Below, piece after piece: positions 53,151 to 61,464 of a stretch of 61,464 nucleotides of DNA. Made by a program: the position numbers and the translations under genes. Position 1 is the stretch's first letter. Each line of letters starts with the position of its first letter. The DNA is from Candidatus Margulisiibacteriota bacterium. Lineage in GTDB: Bacteria > Margulisbacteria > WOR-1 > O2-12-FULL-45-9. The stretch is from positions 1 to 61,464 of the forward strand of contig JAYEOW010000046.1 in the NCBI GenBank assembly GCA_034723395.1. The letters run 5' to 3'. The notes beneath the pieces were generated by a model that worked only from the letters and a program-made list of their open reading frames with translations, had not been told where the DNA came from and searched no databases.

Positions 53151-55751
53151 ATGAAAAAATATGTATTGGTATTGCTTATGCTTCTTGTTTCAATTCCCGC
53201 GCTTTCTGTCCCCCAACAGATCTATTTTCAGGGGATATTATTAGATTCGAACGGTGATGCGATAACCGGCGCCCGGGATATGACCTTTAAGTTATATTCT
53301 GCAGCAACCGGAGGGACTGCGCTGGATACAGATGCCCATACCGGGGTTTCGGTAAGTAGCGGTTTATATACGGTAAAACTTAGCATAGATTCCTCACATT
53401 TTAACGGGAATGATCGTTATATTGGAATTACCGTAGGGACCGATTCGGAGATGACTCCTCGCGTTCAGGTTTTGACCGTCCCTTATGTTTATAACGCTGC
53501 TAATGCCGATTCGGCGATAAATTCGGATACGGTTGATAATTTTCATGCCAGTTCAACTCCTACTGCCGGTTATCTATTACCTTTAAATGCTACGGGAACC
53601 TTCCCCGTATCTGCAATACCGCAGGGCCCCGGGAGTACCCTGAATGCTGATCTTTTAGATGGATATCATGCGAGTGATTTTTCCCCGGCTAGCGGGAATT
53701 ACGTTTTATTAGGGCCGCCTTCGATCCAATCGACTACAACCGCGAATGCTGTTTGGGTGAGCTCAAGTGCGGACGCCGGTGTCGGAATTTACGGTGAAGC
53801 GACAGATACGGACGGCCGTAATGCAGACTATGGGATAAAGGGGAGGGCGAATTCCACAGGCAGCTATGGGGTTTATGGAGATGGGTATGATGATGGCGGC
53901 GGCTACCGCAGGTGGGGTTATGTGGGAGGGGGGGGCGATGGGGCTCATGGGCGGTATACCGATGGTAATTTTGGATCTTTAGGCGGAAAGTCCGGAGCTT
54001 TTGTTTATGGAGTGAGAGGTTATTCGGATTCCAATTATGGAGGGTGGTTTACCAATACCAGTCTGGAAGGTACCGGTGTATATATTAACGTTACCCGGAA
54101 TACAGGGATCGGAATGCTGGTTACAAACGAGGGGAGCTTAAAATCGGCAATCTTGGCCGGTCAAACCCACGCCGGCCATTTCCGCGGTGATGTGACGGTT
54201 GAGGGTGACGTTTACGCGGATAATTTTTACGGCGACGGGTCGAATTTGACCGGGATCTCCGGATCAGGGTATGTTTTACTCAGCCCCGCTACCGCTCAAA
54301 GCACGGCTGCGGCAACGGCGGCGATTTGGGTAAGAAATGCAAACGCAAGCGGAATAGGTATTTCGGCGGAAGCTACAGGTTTTGATGGAATTGCGATATA
54401 CGGATATAGCGGTGACGATTCCTTTGACAATGGCTATGCCGGATATTTTCAAAACGACAGTAATAATAACAATTACGCCCTGTATGCGCTTTCTGCTTCA
54501 ACCGATTCAGGAGCAGCCGGATATTTTGTAAATAATCAGGGGGGGGAGAGATCTGCAAAGTTTGCGACTGGATCGGCTGCGGGTGATTTTACCGGTCAGG
54601 TATGGATTAGTGGTACCTTACAGGCAAATGGGAATGCCGATTTAGGAAATGAAACGACCGATACATTAACGATCACCGCCAGTATCGATTCGGATGTAAT
54701 TCCAGACATTGATATAAATCGCGACCTCGGTTCAAGCGGAAACCGCTGGAGATACGTTCATGCGGCGACCTTTGAGGGGGATGGATCGAATTTGACGGGG
54801 ATCGATACCAGCTTTTCCGGCGGAACGATCACGGGAGAAACGACTTTTGAGGCGGACGCTTCGTTTGAAGCGGACGTCTTTATCGGCGGCAAATTAACCG
54901 TTGTGGGTACGATCGATCCAGTTGCAATTATTCTTGAGCCGGATGCGGGGAGTACAAAAGCGATACAGGTTATAAATACCGGAGGCAGCGCGGATATTTT
55001 ATATTTCAGCCAGGATGACGGGATGCTGATAACCGAAGAGTCGGGCGGCAACTATATTCAAATTGGTAATGCAGGCGATGATAAGGCTGTATATGCCCTT
55101 GCTAAAAGTACAAGTGGAATCGGGGTTTACGGATTAGCGAGTTCAAATTCGGGCACTAATTACGGCGGATATTTTAGAACTCAAAGCGAAGATGGTTATG
55201 GCTTATTAGCTACAAATGAGGCTTCTGGAGGAAAATCTGCTTTTCTTGCAGGGCAAGGGAAAAATGCTGCTGGGGGAGACCAGCATTATGCGGGCTATTT
55301 TTATGGCGATGTAAGAATTTTAGGGAATCTCTCAAAAAGTTCAGGAACTTTTGTGATCGACCATCCTGTTGATCCGTCCAGTAAAGTCCTGCGCCACAGC
55401 TTTGTGGAAAGCCCGGACATGAAAAACGTTTACGACGGGGTTATCGCCCTGGACGAAAAGGGAGAGGCGGTCGTAACCATGCCGGATTATTTTGAGGCGC
55501 TGAACGTTAATTTTAGGTACCAGCTGACCACGATCGGAGATTACGCGCCGGTTTATATCAAAGAAAAGATCAGCGATAACACCTTCAAGATCGCGGGCGG
55601 AAAACCGGGAATGGAAGTAAGCTGGATGGTCACCGGATCGCGCCAAGATGTTTACGCGTTGGAGAATCCGATCATCGTGGAAGAGGAGAAAGAGACCAAG
55701 GGGGTATTCCTTTACCCGGAAGGATTTAACAAAGAGCATGCGAACAATTAA
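53151..55751 (+). CDS. Large secreted fibre/adhesin-like protein
   Basis: Signal peptide; IYFQG...FKLYSAATGG...PRVQVLTVPY N-domain; NADLLDG and GDGSNLTGI fibre repeats; G-V-Y-G repeats; C-domain FVIDHP.DP..K.LRHSFVESP. Confidence 0.82.
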   Translation: MKKYVLVLLMLLVSIPALSVPQQIYFQGILLDSNGDAITGARDMTFKLYSAATGGTALDTDAHTGVSVSSGLYTVKLSIDSSHFNGNDRYIGITVGTDSEMTPRVQVLTVPYVYNAANADSAINSDTVDNFHASSTPTAGYLLPLNATGTFPVSAIPQGPGSTLNADLLDGYHASDFSPASGNYVLLGPPSIQSTTTANAVWVSSSADAGVGIYGEATDTDGRNADYGIKGRANSTGSYGVYGDGYDDGGGYRRWGYVGGGGDGAHGRYTDGNFGSLGGKSGAFVYGVRGYSDSNYGGWFTNTSLEGTGVYINVTRNTGIGMLVTNEGSLKSAILAGQTHAGHFRGDVTVEGDVYADNFYGDGSNLTGISGSGYVLLSPATAQSTAAATAAIWVRNANASGIGISAEATGFDGIAIYGYSGDDSFDNGYAGYFQNDSNNNNYALYALSASTDSGAAGYFVNNQGGERSAKFATGSAAGDFTGQVWISGTLQANGNADLGNETTDTLTITASIDSDVIPDIDINRDLGSSGNRWRYVHAATFEGDGSNLTGIDTSFSGGTITGETTFEADASFEADVFIGGKLTVVGTIDPVAIILEPDAGSTKAIQVINTGGSADILYFSQDDGMLITEESGGNYIQIGNAGDDKAVYALAKSTSGIGVYGLASSNSGTNYGGYFRTQSEDGYGLLATNEASGGKSAFLAGQGKNAAGGDQHYAGYFYGDVRILGNLSKSSGTFVIDHPVDPSSKVLRHSFVESPDMKNVYDGVIALDEKGEAVVTMPDYFEALNVNFRYQLTTIGDYAPVYIKEKISDNTFKIAGGKPGMEVSWMVTGSRQDVYALENPIIVEEEKETKGVFLYPEGFNKEHANN

Positions 55752-56616
55752 ATATATATTAATAATTTGCCTGCTGTCGGTTTCAGCTTCCTTTGCTGCC
55801 GATACATCCACCTGGCATTCTTTATCCGCGGGAGCGGGAACGGGTGAATCGGAGAATTATAGCGTGATAACCGATCTTATCGGGAGTGGCGTGGTTGTGG
55901 GCGGATCCGCCCAGAGCGATGATACCAGGATCGGGTTCCTGGCCGGTTTGATCGACTTTGGCGGCGGGGATGTAACCGATCCGGTTATCGCCGATTTTAA
56001 GATCAACAATCGTGAAGTCTTAACAAAAGTAAAAGATGGGGATTATATAGACGCGGACTCGACTATTACTGCTACGGTCACCGATGATGCCGGTATCAAC
56101 CAGTCGGACAGCGAGGTCGGCGCGGATAGCGACACGGTGGCATTTAATTCGGGTGCGGGAATTTACGACGCAAACAGCGGAGCGCTGAATTATAGTTTTT
56201 CCGGCAGCCCCCTTGCCGACGGCGACCATACTATAAAGATCACCGCTGTCGACACTACCGGCAATTCCACATCTTCGGCGGTTACGCTTAAAGTATCAAG
56301 TGTGCTTGAGGCTAAGGATGCTCTGAGTTATCCAAATCCGTGGAATCCGACCCAAGGGAACCTGCAGGTTGGTTACACCTTAACAAAATCTACCGATCAA
56401 CCGGTTACGATTATAATAGTTAACGCATACAAGCAATTAGTTTATAAACGAGTGATCCCGGTTGGGCAGGAGGGGACCTTGGCCGGATACAATATAATTA
56501 CCTGGAATGGGATGAATGTTTTTGGCGAGAGGGTTTCCCCCCAAATCTTGTTCTTAAAGGCTATCTCGGGGAATGATCAATTAATAAAAAGGATAAAAAT
56601 AGCGGTATTAATATAA
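55738..56616 (+). CDS. Secreted adaptor-like protein: Gly-rich N-motif + Ig domain + FlgD-Ig/T9SS-like CTD
   Basis: WHSLSAGAG...NYSV...IG; LADGDHTIKITAVDTTGN; YPNPWNP...GYNIITWNG...KIAVL; ATG at 55738. Confidence 0.8.
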   Translation: MRTIKYILIICLLSVSASFAADTSTWHSLSAGAGTGESENYSVITDLIGSGVVVGGSAQSDDTRIGFLAGLIDFGGGDVTDPVIADFKINNREVLTKVKDGDYIDADSTITATVTDDAGINQSDSEVGADSDTVAFNSGAGIYDANSGALNYSFSGSPLADGDHTIKITAVDTTGNSTSSAVTLKVSSVLEAKDALSYPNPWNPTQGNLQVGYTLTKSTDQPVTIIIVNAYKQLVYKRVIPVGQEGTLAGYNIITWNGMNVFGERVSPQILFLKAISGNDQLIKRIKIAVLI

Positions 56617-56617
56617 C

Positions 56618-58183
56618 TTGAGTAAAAAAATATTATCATTCATATTATTTTCCGTTTTCCTGGTTTCTGCCTCCTTTGCCATTGTTGATGCTTCCAAGCT
56701 TGGCCTGGGAGCAAGAAGTGTCGCCCTTGGCAGATGTTCGGTAGCATTATTTGATGATATAAATTCAATGTTTGTTAACCCCGCTTTAGCTACCAATCTT
56801 AAAACCTATAACCTTTCAAGTATGTATGTAAACCTGAGCGAAGATATTTCTTTTACCGAATTGGGAGGCGCGTGGCCGACGGATAGAGGAGCTTTTGGCG
56901 CTTCTCTCCTTGGCTCTTTCTCCGGGGGATTGATTGAGACCTCCCTTGAAGCGGGGAGGATCATCCCCAGCGGAGCGACCTTTGACTATTCGGACGCGGT
57001 TTATACTTTGGTTTATGGCAATAAATACCGAGAAGATATTGCCTATGGGATCGGATTAAAATTTTATAGCCAGGATTTTGACCGATACGGGAGAGGAAAT
57101 GGTTTTGACCTCGACCTTGCAATGCTCTGGGAGCCGAATGATCGGTTAAAGCTTGGGGTGGTCCAGCAAAATACCCTTCCTTATTCAATGGGGGGGAAGA
57201 TCGAGTGGTCTACCGGTTATTCCGAAGGGATCCCTTTTAGCACAAGGGCCGGTTTATCATATGAACTGAGGGATAATTTGTTGTGGTTGACCGACATTGA
57301 CTACGCGAGGAACCGGCCGCTTTTAGTCCACGCCGGGACCGAATGGTCGCTAACCAAAATATTTGCCCTGCGCGCGGGGATCGACCAGTACGCCGAAAAC
57401 AGAACTACCGCCATTACCAATTACACCTTGGGAGTTGGCCTAAAGATCGGTAACTTTAATTTTGATTATGCTTACTATATGGATACGCTGTTGGCAGATA
57501 GCAGCGCCAGCTTCTTCTCGATCAGGGTAGTGCCGGAAGTTAAGAGGCCGGCTCCGCCGCCGCCCAAAAAACCAATTCTCTGGTTAAAGACCTTTAAAGA
57601 TGTTACTTATCCTGATTTTGGCAGGAGGGAGATCGAGCATTTAGCTACATTAAATGTAATAACCGGTTATCCGGATGGGGAGTTTAAGCCGAAAAGGGCG
57701 CTAAGCCGAGCGGAGATCGTAACCTTATTAACCAAAGCGACCGCTACGCCCGAAGCTTATGAGAATCTGAATTACGGGTTTTTTACCGATGTTTCAAGTC
57801 GGCACTGGGCGAGGAAGTTTATTGAATACGGGGTTATTAAACGTTGGGTACAGGGATTTCCAAACGGGACTTTTAAGCCGAATGATAAGTTGACCAGAGC
57901 CCAGGCAGTTTCGGTTTTTTCGCGGTTTAACCAGTTAACGTCAAATGGGCCGATAACGGAAGAATCCTATGCCGATGTTCCGCTGAAACATTGGGCGTAT
58001 AAGGATGTAATGTTGGCAAAAAATGCCGGCTGGTTAGACTATATCAAAGGGGATAGGTTTGGGCCAAATAAACCGTGTTCACGCGCCGAAGCTGCTTATA
58101 TACTTTTTAAAACCTCTTTTGCCCGTAAGAAGGTAGAAGAGATGTATGAAAAGTTCGATGTAAGAAGGCCGGATGTCCCCTAA
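56618..58183 (+). CDS. PorV/PorQ-like beta-barrel + three SLH domains (paralog of 15397)
   Basis: GARSVALG...DDINSMFVNPA; LRAGIDQ; FDYAY; SLH motifs GYPDGEFKP...SRAE and GFPNGTFKP...TRAQ. Confidence 0.88.
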   Translation: MSKKILSFILFSVFLVSASFAIVDASKLGLGARSVALGRCSVALFDDINSMFVNPALATNLKTYNLSSMYVNLSEDISFTELGGAWPTDRGAFGASLLGSFSGGLIETSLEAGRIIPSGATFDYSDAVYTLVYGNKYREDIAYGIGLKFYSQDFDRYGRGNGFDLDLAMLWEPNDRLKLGVVQQNTLPYSMGGKIEWSTGYSEGIPFSTRAGLSYELRDNLLWLTDIDYARNRPLLVHAGTEWSLTKIFALRAGIDQYAENRTTAITNYTLGVGLKIGNFNFDYAYYMDTLLADSSASFFSIRVVPEVKRPAPPPPKKPILWLKTFKDVTYPDFGRREIEHLATLNVITGYPDGEFKPKRALSRAEIVTLLTKATATPEAYENLNYGFFTDVSSRHWARKFIEYGVIKRWVQGFPNGTFKPNDKLTRAQAVSVFSRFNQLTSNGPITEESYADVPLKHWAYKDVMLAKNAGWLDYIKGDRFGPNKPCSRAEAAYILFKTSFARKKVEEMYEKFDVRRPDVP

Positions 58184-58874
58184 AAAGATTCGACTGCAAA
58201 AATATTGCTCTGAAAAAGGGCTCGCATCGCGCCGTAAATCCGAAGAGTATATTAAAAAAGGTTGGATAACGGTTAACGGTGAAGTTGTAAAAGAGCTTGG
58301 AGTTAAGGTTGATCCTCAAAAAGATAAGGTCGAGTTGGTCCCAGAAGCAAAAGATGAAAAGAAAAAATTCATCTATATCCTCCTAAATAAACCGGCAGGC
58401 CACGTGACTAATCTTCCTAAGAAAGGGGAGCGAGAGGCAAAGGAGCTTCTTCCGGTCGAGGTTCGAGGCCTTGTCCACGCTGTCGGCCGCCTGGATAAGG
58501 ATTCCGAAGGCCTACTTCTCTTCACCAATGATGGGGTGGCAGCCCACCGTTTAACCTCTCCTGAATTTGACCATGAGAAGGAGTATGAGGTAACGGCTGA
58601 TAAAAAGATCGCGGAAAGGGTAGTGGCAAAATACCGGAGAGGATTAGTTATCCTTGGTGAAAAGACTAAACCAGTTGGAGTTCGCCGGATAGGCGGGAAC
58701 GTTTATCGCTTTATCCTTCGTGAGGGGAAAAATCGCCAGATCAGGCGGATGCTTAATAATTTGGGATATAAGGTCTTAAAATTGAAAAGGATCAGGATCG
58801 CTAATTTAAATATAGGAGACCTAAAACCCGGGCATTTTCGATCTCTGACCGGGAGCCCTCTGTCTGTCTGCTAA
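58173..58874 (+). CDS. rRNA pseudouridine synthase (RsuA/RluB family)
   Basis: S4 domain RLQKY..GLASRRKSE; VGRLDKDSEGLL; EGKNRQIRRM. Confidence 0.95.
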   Translation: MSPKKIRLQKYCSEKGLASRRKSEEYIKKGWITVNGEVVKELGVKVDPQKDKVELVPEAKDEKKKFIYILLNKPAGHVTNLPKKGEREAKELLPVEVRGLVHAVGRLDKDSEGLLLFTNDGVAAHRLTSPEFDHEKEYEVTADKKIAERVVAKYRRGLVILGEKTKPVGVRRIGGNVYRFILREGKNRQIRRMLNNLGYKVLKLKRIRIANLNIGDLKPGHFRSLTGSPLSVC

Positions 58875-59551
58875 AGCTTTAGCGGCTGTGAAAGGCTGAT
58901 ATAAATTCCACTGTCAGAGAGATTGCTTCCTACGTTATAGGAAGCGTATCCTATGTTGATCCCTGCCCGTTCTTCAAGGCCAAGATTGGTTAGAATCCCT
59001 ACATAAAATTGACCGCCTAAACCGCCGCTTTGCTGGCCTGTTCCGTAAAGGTTATAGCTCAGACCGGTGCCGATATAACCATCGGTGCCAAATAGTGATC
59101 CTTCTTTAAGATAGACGACCGCATCCGCGTATAAGGGAATCGTCTTAAGCTTGTCGGAGATAGAAAAGCCGGACCCAACACGGTACTCAACCGCATCTTC
59201 GGCAAGACCTATCTTTTCACCGATCATTAACGGGTCGGAGAATACGATATCTCCCCTGATACCGGCGAGAATACTCCCATAAAGGAGTTTTCCTGAAACG
59301 TTAGAATTAATTCCCCAGCCAAAGAGCCCTTTATCTTCTTCTAAGGTTTGGACTTCATAAGTCGGCGGAGGAGGGGGAGGAGGAACTTCTGGCACAACTT
59401 CGGGGGTAACTTCGGTTTTAGGAGGCTGTACCGGGCTGATTTGTGGGGTAATTACCTTTTTTACCGTCTTTTTGATCACTTTTTGGGCAGCCGCACTGCC
59501 GGCTAAAGCGATAACTAAAATTAAAATCAGAGCTAAGTTCTTATATCTCAT
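58871..59551 (-). CDS. Secreted protein with a Pro-rich linker and probable small OM beta-barrel
   Basis: Signal peptide from ATG 59551; poly-Pro; alternating beta strands (IPLYAD...YIGTGLSY). Confidence 0.65.
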   Translation of the reverse strand: MRYKNLALILILVIALAGSAAAQKVIKKTVKKVITPQISPVQPPKTEVTPEVVPEVPPPPPPPTYEVQTLEEDKGLFGWGINSNVSGKLLYGSILAGIRGDIVFSDPLMIGEKIGLAEDAVEYRVGSGFSISDKLKTIPLYADAVVYLKEGSLFGTDGYIGTGLSYNLYGTGQQSGGLGGQFYVGILTNLGLEERAGINIGYASYNVGSNLSDSGIYISLSQPLKL

Positions 59552-59598
59552 AATCGTCACCTCGGGAAGAGTATAACATATGGTAAAATATAAATACA

Positions 59599-61464
59599 AT
59601 GCGAAAAATGTTCCTCGGATTACTATGTATCGTTCTATTCTCTTCGATCGGAACTGCTGAGCAAAACTATGAAAGTATTAGGCTGATTAATTCGACCGAC
59701 TGGGTAAAATATTTTGACGAAGCGCTCGGATACTGTTATGACAGCCACGGGTGCCTCCACTTTACCCCTTCGGATATCTATCTTTTATATAAAACTATTC
59801 CGGCAGGCATTCCGCTAACGGTTAAAAAATATAAATTAAAGAAGAACGAACCGCCTTTCCCGGTTGATAAAATTCCTTTCCTGCGCGATAAGATAGATTC
59901 TATACAAGATGTCAAGAAACATGCCTTAATGTTTAAGAATTATAAGAGTAAGATTGTAATTTATCCTTCGCTTAACCTGCTTTTTATCTTTGTAAACGAT
60001 TATCCATATGCAAAGGTAAAAGCATTAGCCGGGCTCCCGTATAATTTCCTGATGGCTTACGATGTGCAAAAAGGCAGGCCGGTCGGCTGGGATTTTATGC
60101 TTTCAACCCCGACCGATCCGGGGGAATACAAAGTTCTCCGAGTAACCGACCATTATCTAAGCAGTGCTTATTATAAGAATACGATCGTTCCCTTCGGTGC
60201 CTGGATAAAAAAGGTCAGGGGAGCATGGTCTTACCAGAAAAATGGAAAATGGTATAAATTGCCCGATAATGTGGTGGCCGATCTAGCTCGAAAAGATGAG
60301 GATCGATTTTATAATTACTATGATCTGCATGTCGATCAGAAAGGGAGGATTACTGCGGCCCGTTATGCCGGCCACGATTTTGGTAAATATGTATTGCTCT
60401 GGACTAAAGACGGTAATACCCACTATCCCGAGATGGGTTATGCTGCCGGAGAACTGCTTTATGAACAGATCGTCTTGATCAAAGATATGGTCCATCTTTT
60501 AACCGTTCCTTCAAGCGATGACCTTGATTCGGTAATCTCCCAAAATGTGAACCTTAAATATTATAAAGAGCTGGCCGATCCGAAAAAGAAAAAGGAGTCG
60601 CTGGATAAGATTCTTTCCGATCTCCGGATAGCTAAGGCGGTAAAAGAGTATAAAGAGAATCGTCTGCCGCGTGATAAGCGAGCGAGATGGGAAGCCCTGG
60701 GCCTGTACAATTATTATCGGGCAAATAGTTTAATTATCGATAAACAAGCAGGTTGGTATGAAAAGGTTAAGCAAGACTGGGATCTGTTCAAAAAACTGCG
60801 AATTAAACTGCGGGGCGATTTTGACCAGATGGGGGTTTTATCGGTCGAAAACCGCCAGAATATTCTCGAGGGATGGTTGAATGACCGCTTGGAATTCAAA
60901 CAAGTTGGGCCTCCTAAACAGGCAAAATACCTAACCGACCTTTCGTTTTCTAATTTCTTTAAGCCTGATGATGAGACCACTCTATTTAGCGCTCGTGAAC
61001 GGGCAATTATGGTAGAACGGATCCGCAAAGCGGTCAAGGGGGAAGCAAAAGGATTAAACTTAAATATTGTCGATGCTTTGAATAAATATAATTTCGGGGT
61101 GCTTCTAAACGAGATCTTAGGGGACCTCTACAAGAGCCACGGATGTATGCATCTCTCTCCGCGCAATGCGGGCTTTCTTTATGACCTGCTGCCGGTAGGG
61201 GCGCAGATGAAGGTATATAAATATTCAAGGCGGGTAAGCGAGGAAGCGATCAGTCGCGTCCCATTCCTGGCCGATATGGTCAACTTTAAAGAAGATATAG
61301 ATAAGCTAAAACAAAAATTCGCAGTTACTTCCGAAGTAAAAGTTGCGGTCTATCCATTTTCGGGTGACTGGTTGATATATATTAAGGATAAGCCATTCAC
61401 TCGATTGAGGATCCGCGGAGGTCCGCAAAGTAAATTCTATCTGCTTCAGGGGAGGACAAAGGAC
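59599..61464 (+). CDS. Partial (runs off the window) secreted protein with two L,D-transpeptidase-like SHGC repeats
   Basis: Frame read by hand from ATG 59599 (MRKMFLGLLCIVLFSSIGTAE) to the window end; SHGCLH at 59743 and SHGCMH at 61135; absent from the ORF track, probably because no stop codon is in the window. Confidence 0.85.
   Translation, partial: MRKMFLGLLCIVLFSSIGTAEQNYESIRLINSTDWVKYFDEALGYCYDSHGCLHFTPSDIYLLYKTIPAGIPLTVKKYKLKKNEPPFPVDKIPFLRDKIDSIQDVKKHALMFKNYKSKIVIYPSLNLLFIFVNDYPYAKVKALAGLPYNFLMAYDVQKGRPVGWDFMLSTPTDPGEYKVLRVTDHYLSSAYYKNTIVPFGAWIKKVRGAWSYQKNGKWYKLPDNVVADLARKDEDRFYNYYDLHVDQKGRITAARYAGHDFGKYVLLWTKDGNTHYPEMGYAAGELLYEQIVLIKDMVHLLTVPSSDDLDSVISQNVNLKYYKELADPKKKKESLDKILSDLRIAKAVKEYKENRLPRDKRARWEALGLYNYYRANSLIIDKQAGWYEKVKQDWDLFKKLRIKLRGDFDQMGVLSVENRQNILEGWLNDRLEFKQVGPPKQAKYLTDLSFSNFFKPDDETTLFSARERAIMVERIRKAVKGEAKGLNLNIVDALNKYNFGVLLNEILGDLYKSHGCMHLSPRNAGFLYDLLPVGAQMKVYKYSRRVSEEAISRVPFLADMVNFKEDIDKLKQKFAVTSEVKVAVYPFSGDWLIYIKDKPFTRLRIRGGPQSKFYLLQGRTKD

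Noticed and set aside
58870..58883. Palindrome GCTAAAGCTTTAGC at the junction of the convergent pseudouridine synthase and barrel genes
   Set aside because: Single short copy spanning overlapping stop codons, with no T tract; not enough to call a terminator or mobile repeat.
60283..61228. Short ORFs listed at the right end of the window
   Set aside because: They are shadows of the long plus-strand frame starting at 59599.

Overview
Bacterial chromosomal window from a probable diderm organism. Beta-barrels fused to SLH domains and FlgD-Ig/T9SS-like C-terminal domains are reminiscent of candidate phylum Saganbacteria/WOR-1; this lineage call is inference only. Housekeeping content: five tRNAs (Cys-GCA, Val-GAC, Leu-GAG, Leu-CAA, Leu-CAG), murF, rho, accDA, rpsT, ispE, a nine-gene Mrp/Mbh-type cation:H+ antiporter cluster, a UPF0182 protein, carAB and an RluB-type pseudouridine synthase. 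Less ordinary content: (1) three surface-protein loci that share a grammar of glycine-rich fibre protein, adaptor, FlgD-Ig/T9SS-like sorting domain and PorV-like barrel fused to SLH repeats; (2) a reduced flagellar export cluster (fliK-flgE/G-fliMNOPQR-flhBA) with no flgD, motAB or fliL in the cluster and a FliM lacking the CheY-binding peptide; (3) a wHTH-ANTAR gene directly upstream of a carAB leader with an ANTAR-type hairpin overlapping a terminator, where CarA has lost its glutaminase Cys/His/Glu triad; (4) a partial secreted protein with two apparently permuted L,D-transpeptidase-like SHGC repeats, which the ORF track missed; (5) many small repeat elements with no transposase in the window: a hairpin-bounded DUF559 element and its gene-less derivative bracketing a two-gene cargo, four-helix-bundle genes inside inverted 6-7 bp arrays, and 20-26 bp palindromes that nest in one another and sit in frame in fliO and fliM. 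No CRISPR array, rRNA, integrase or transposase was seen. All family calls come from motif recognition by eye; no searches were run.
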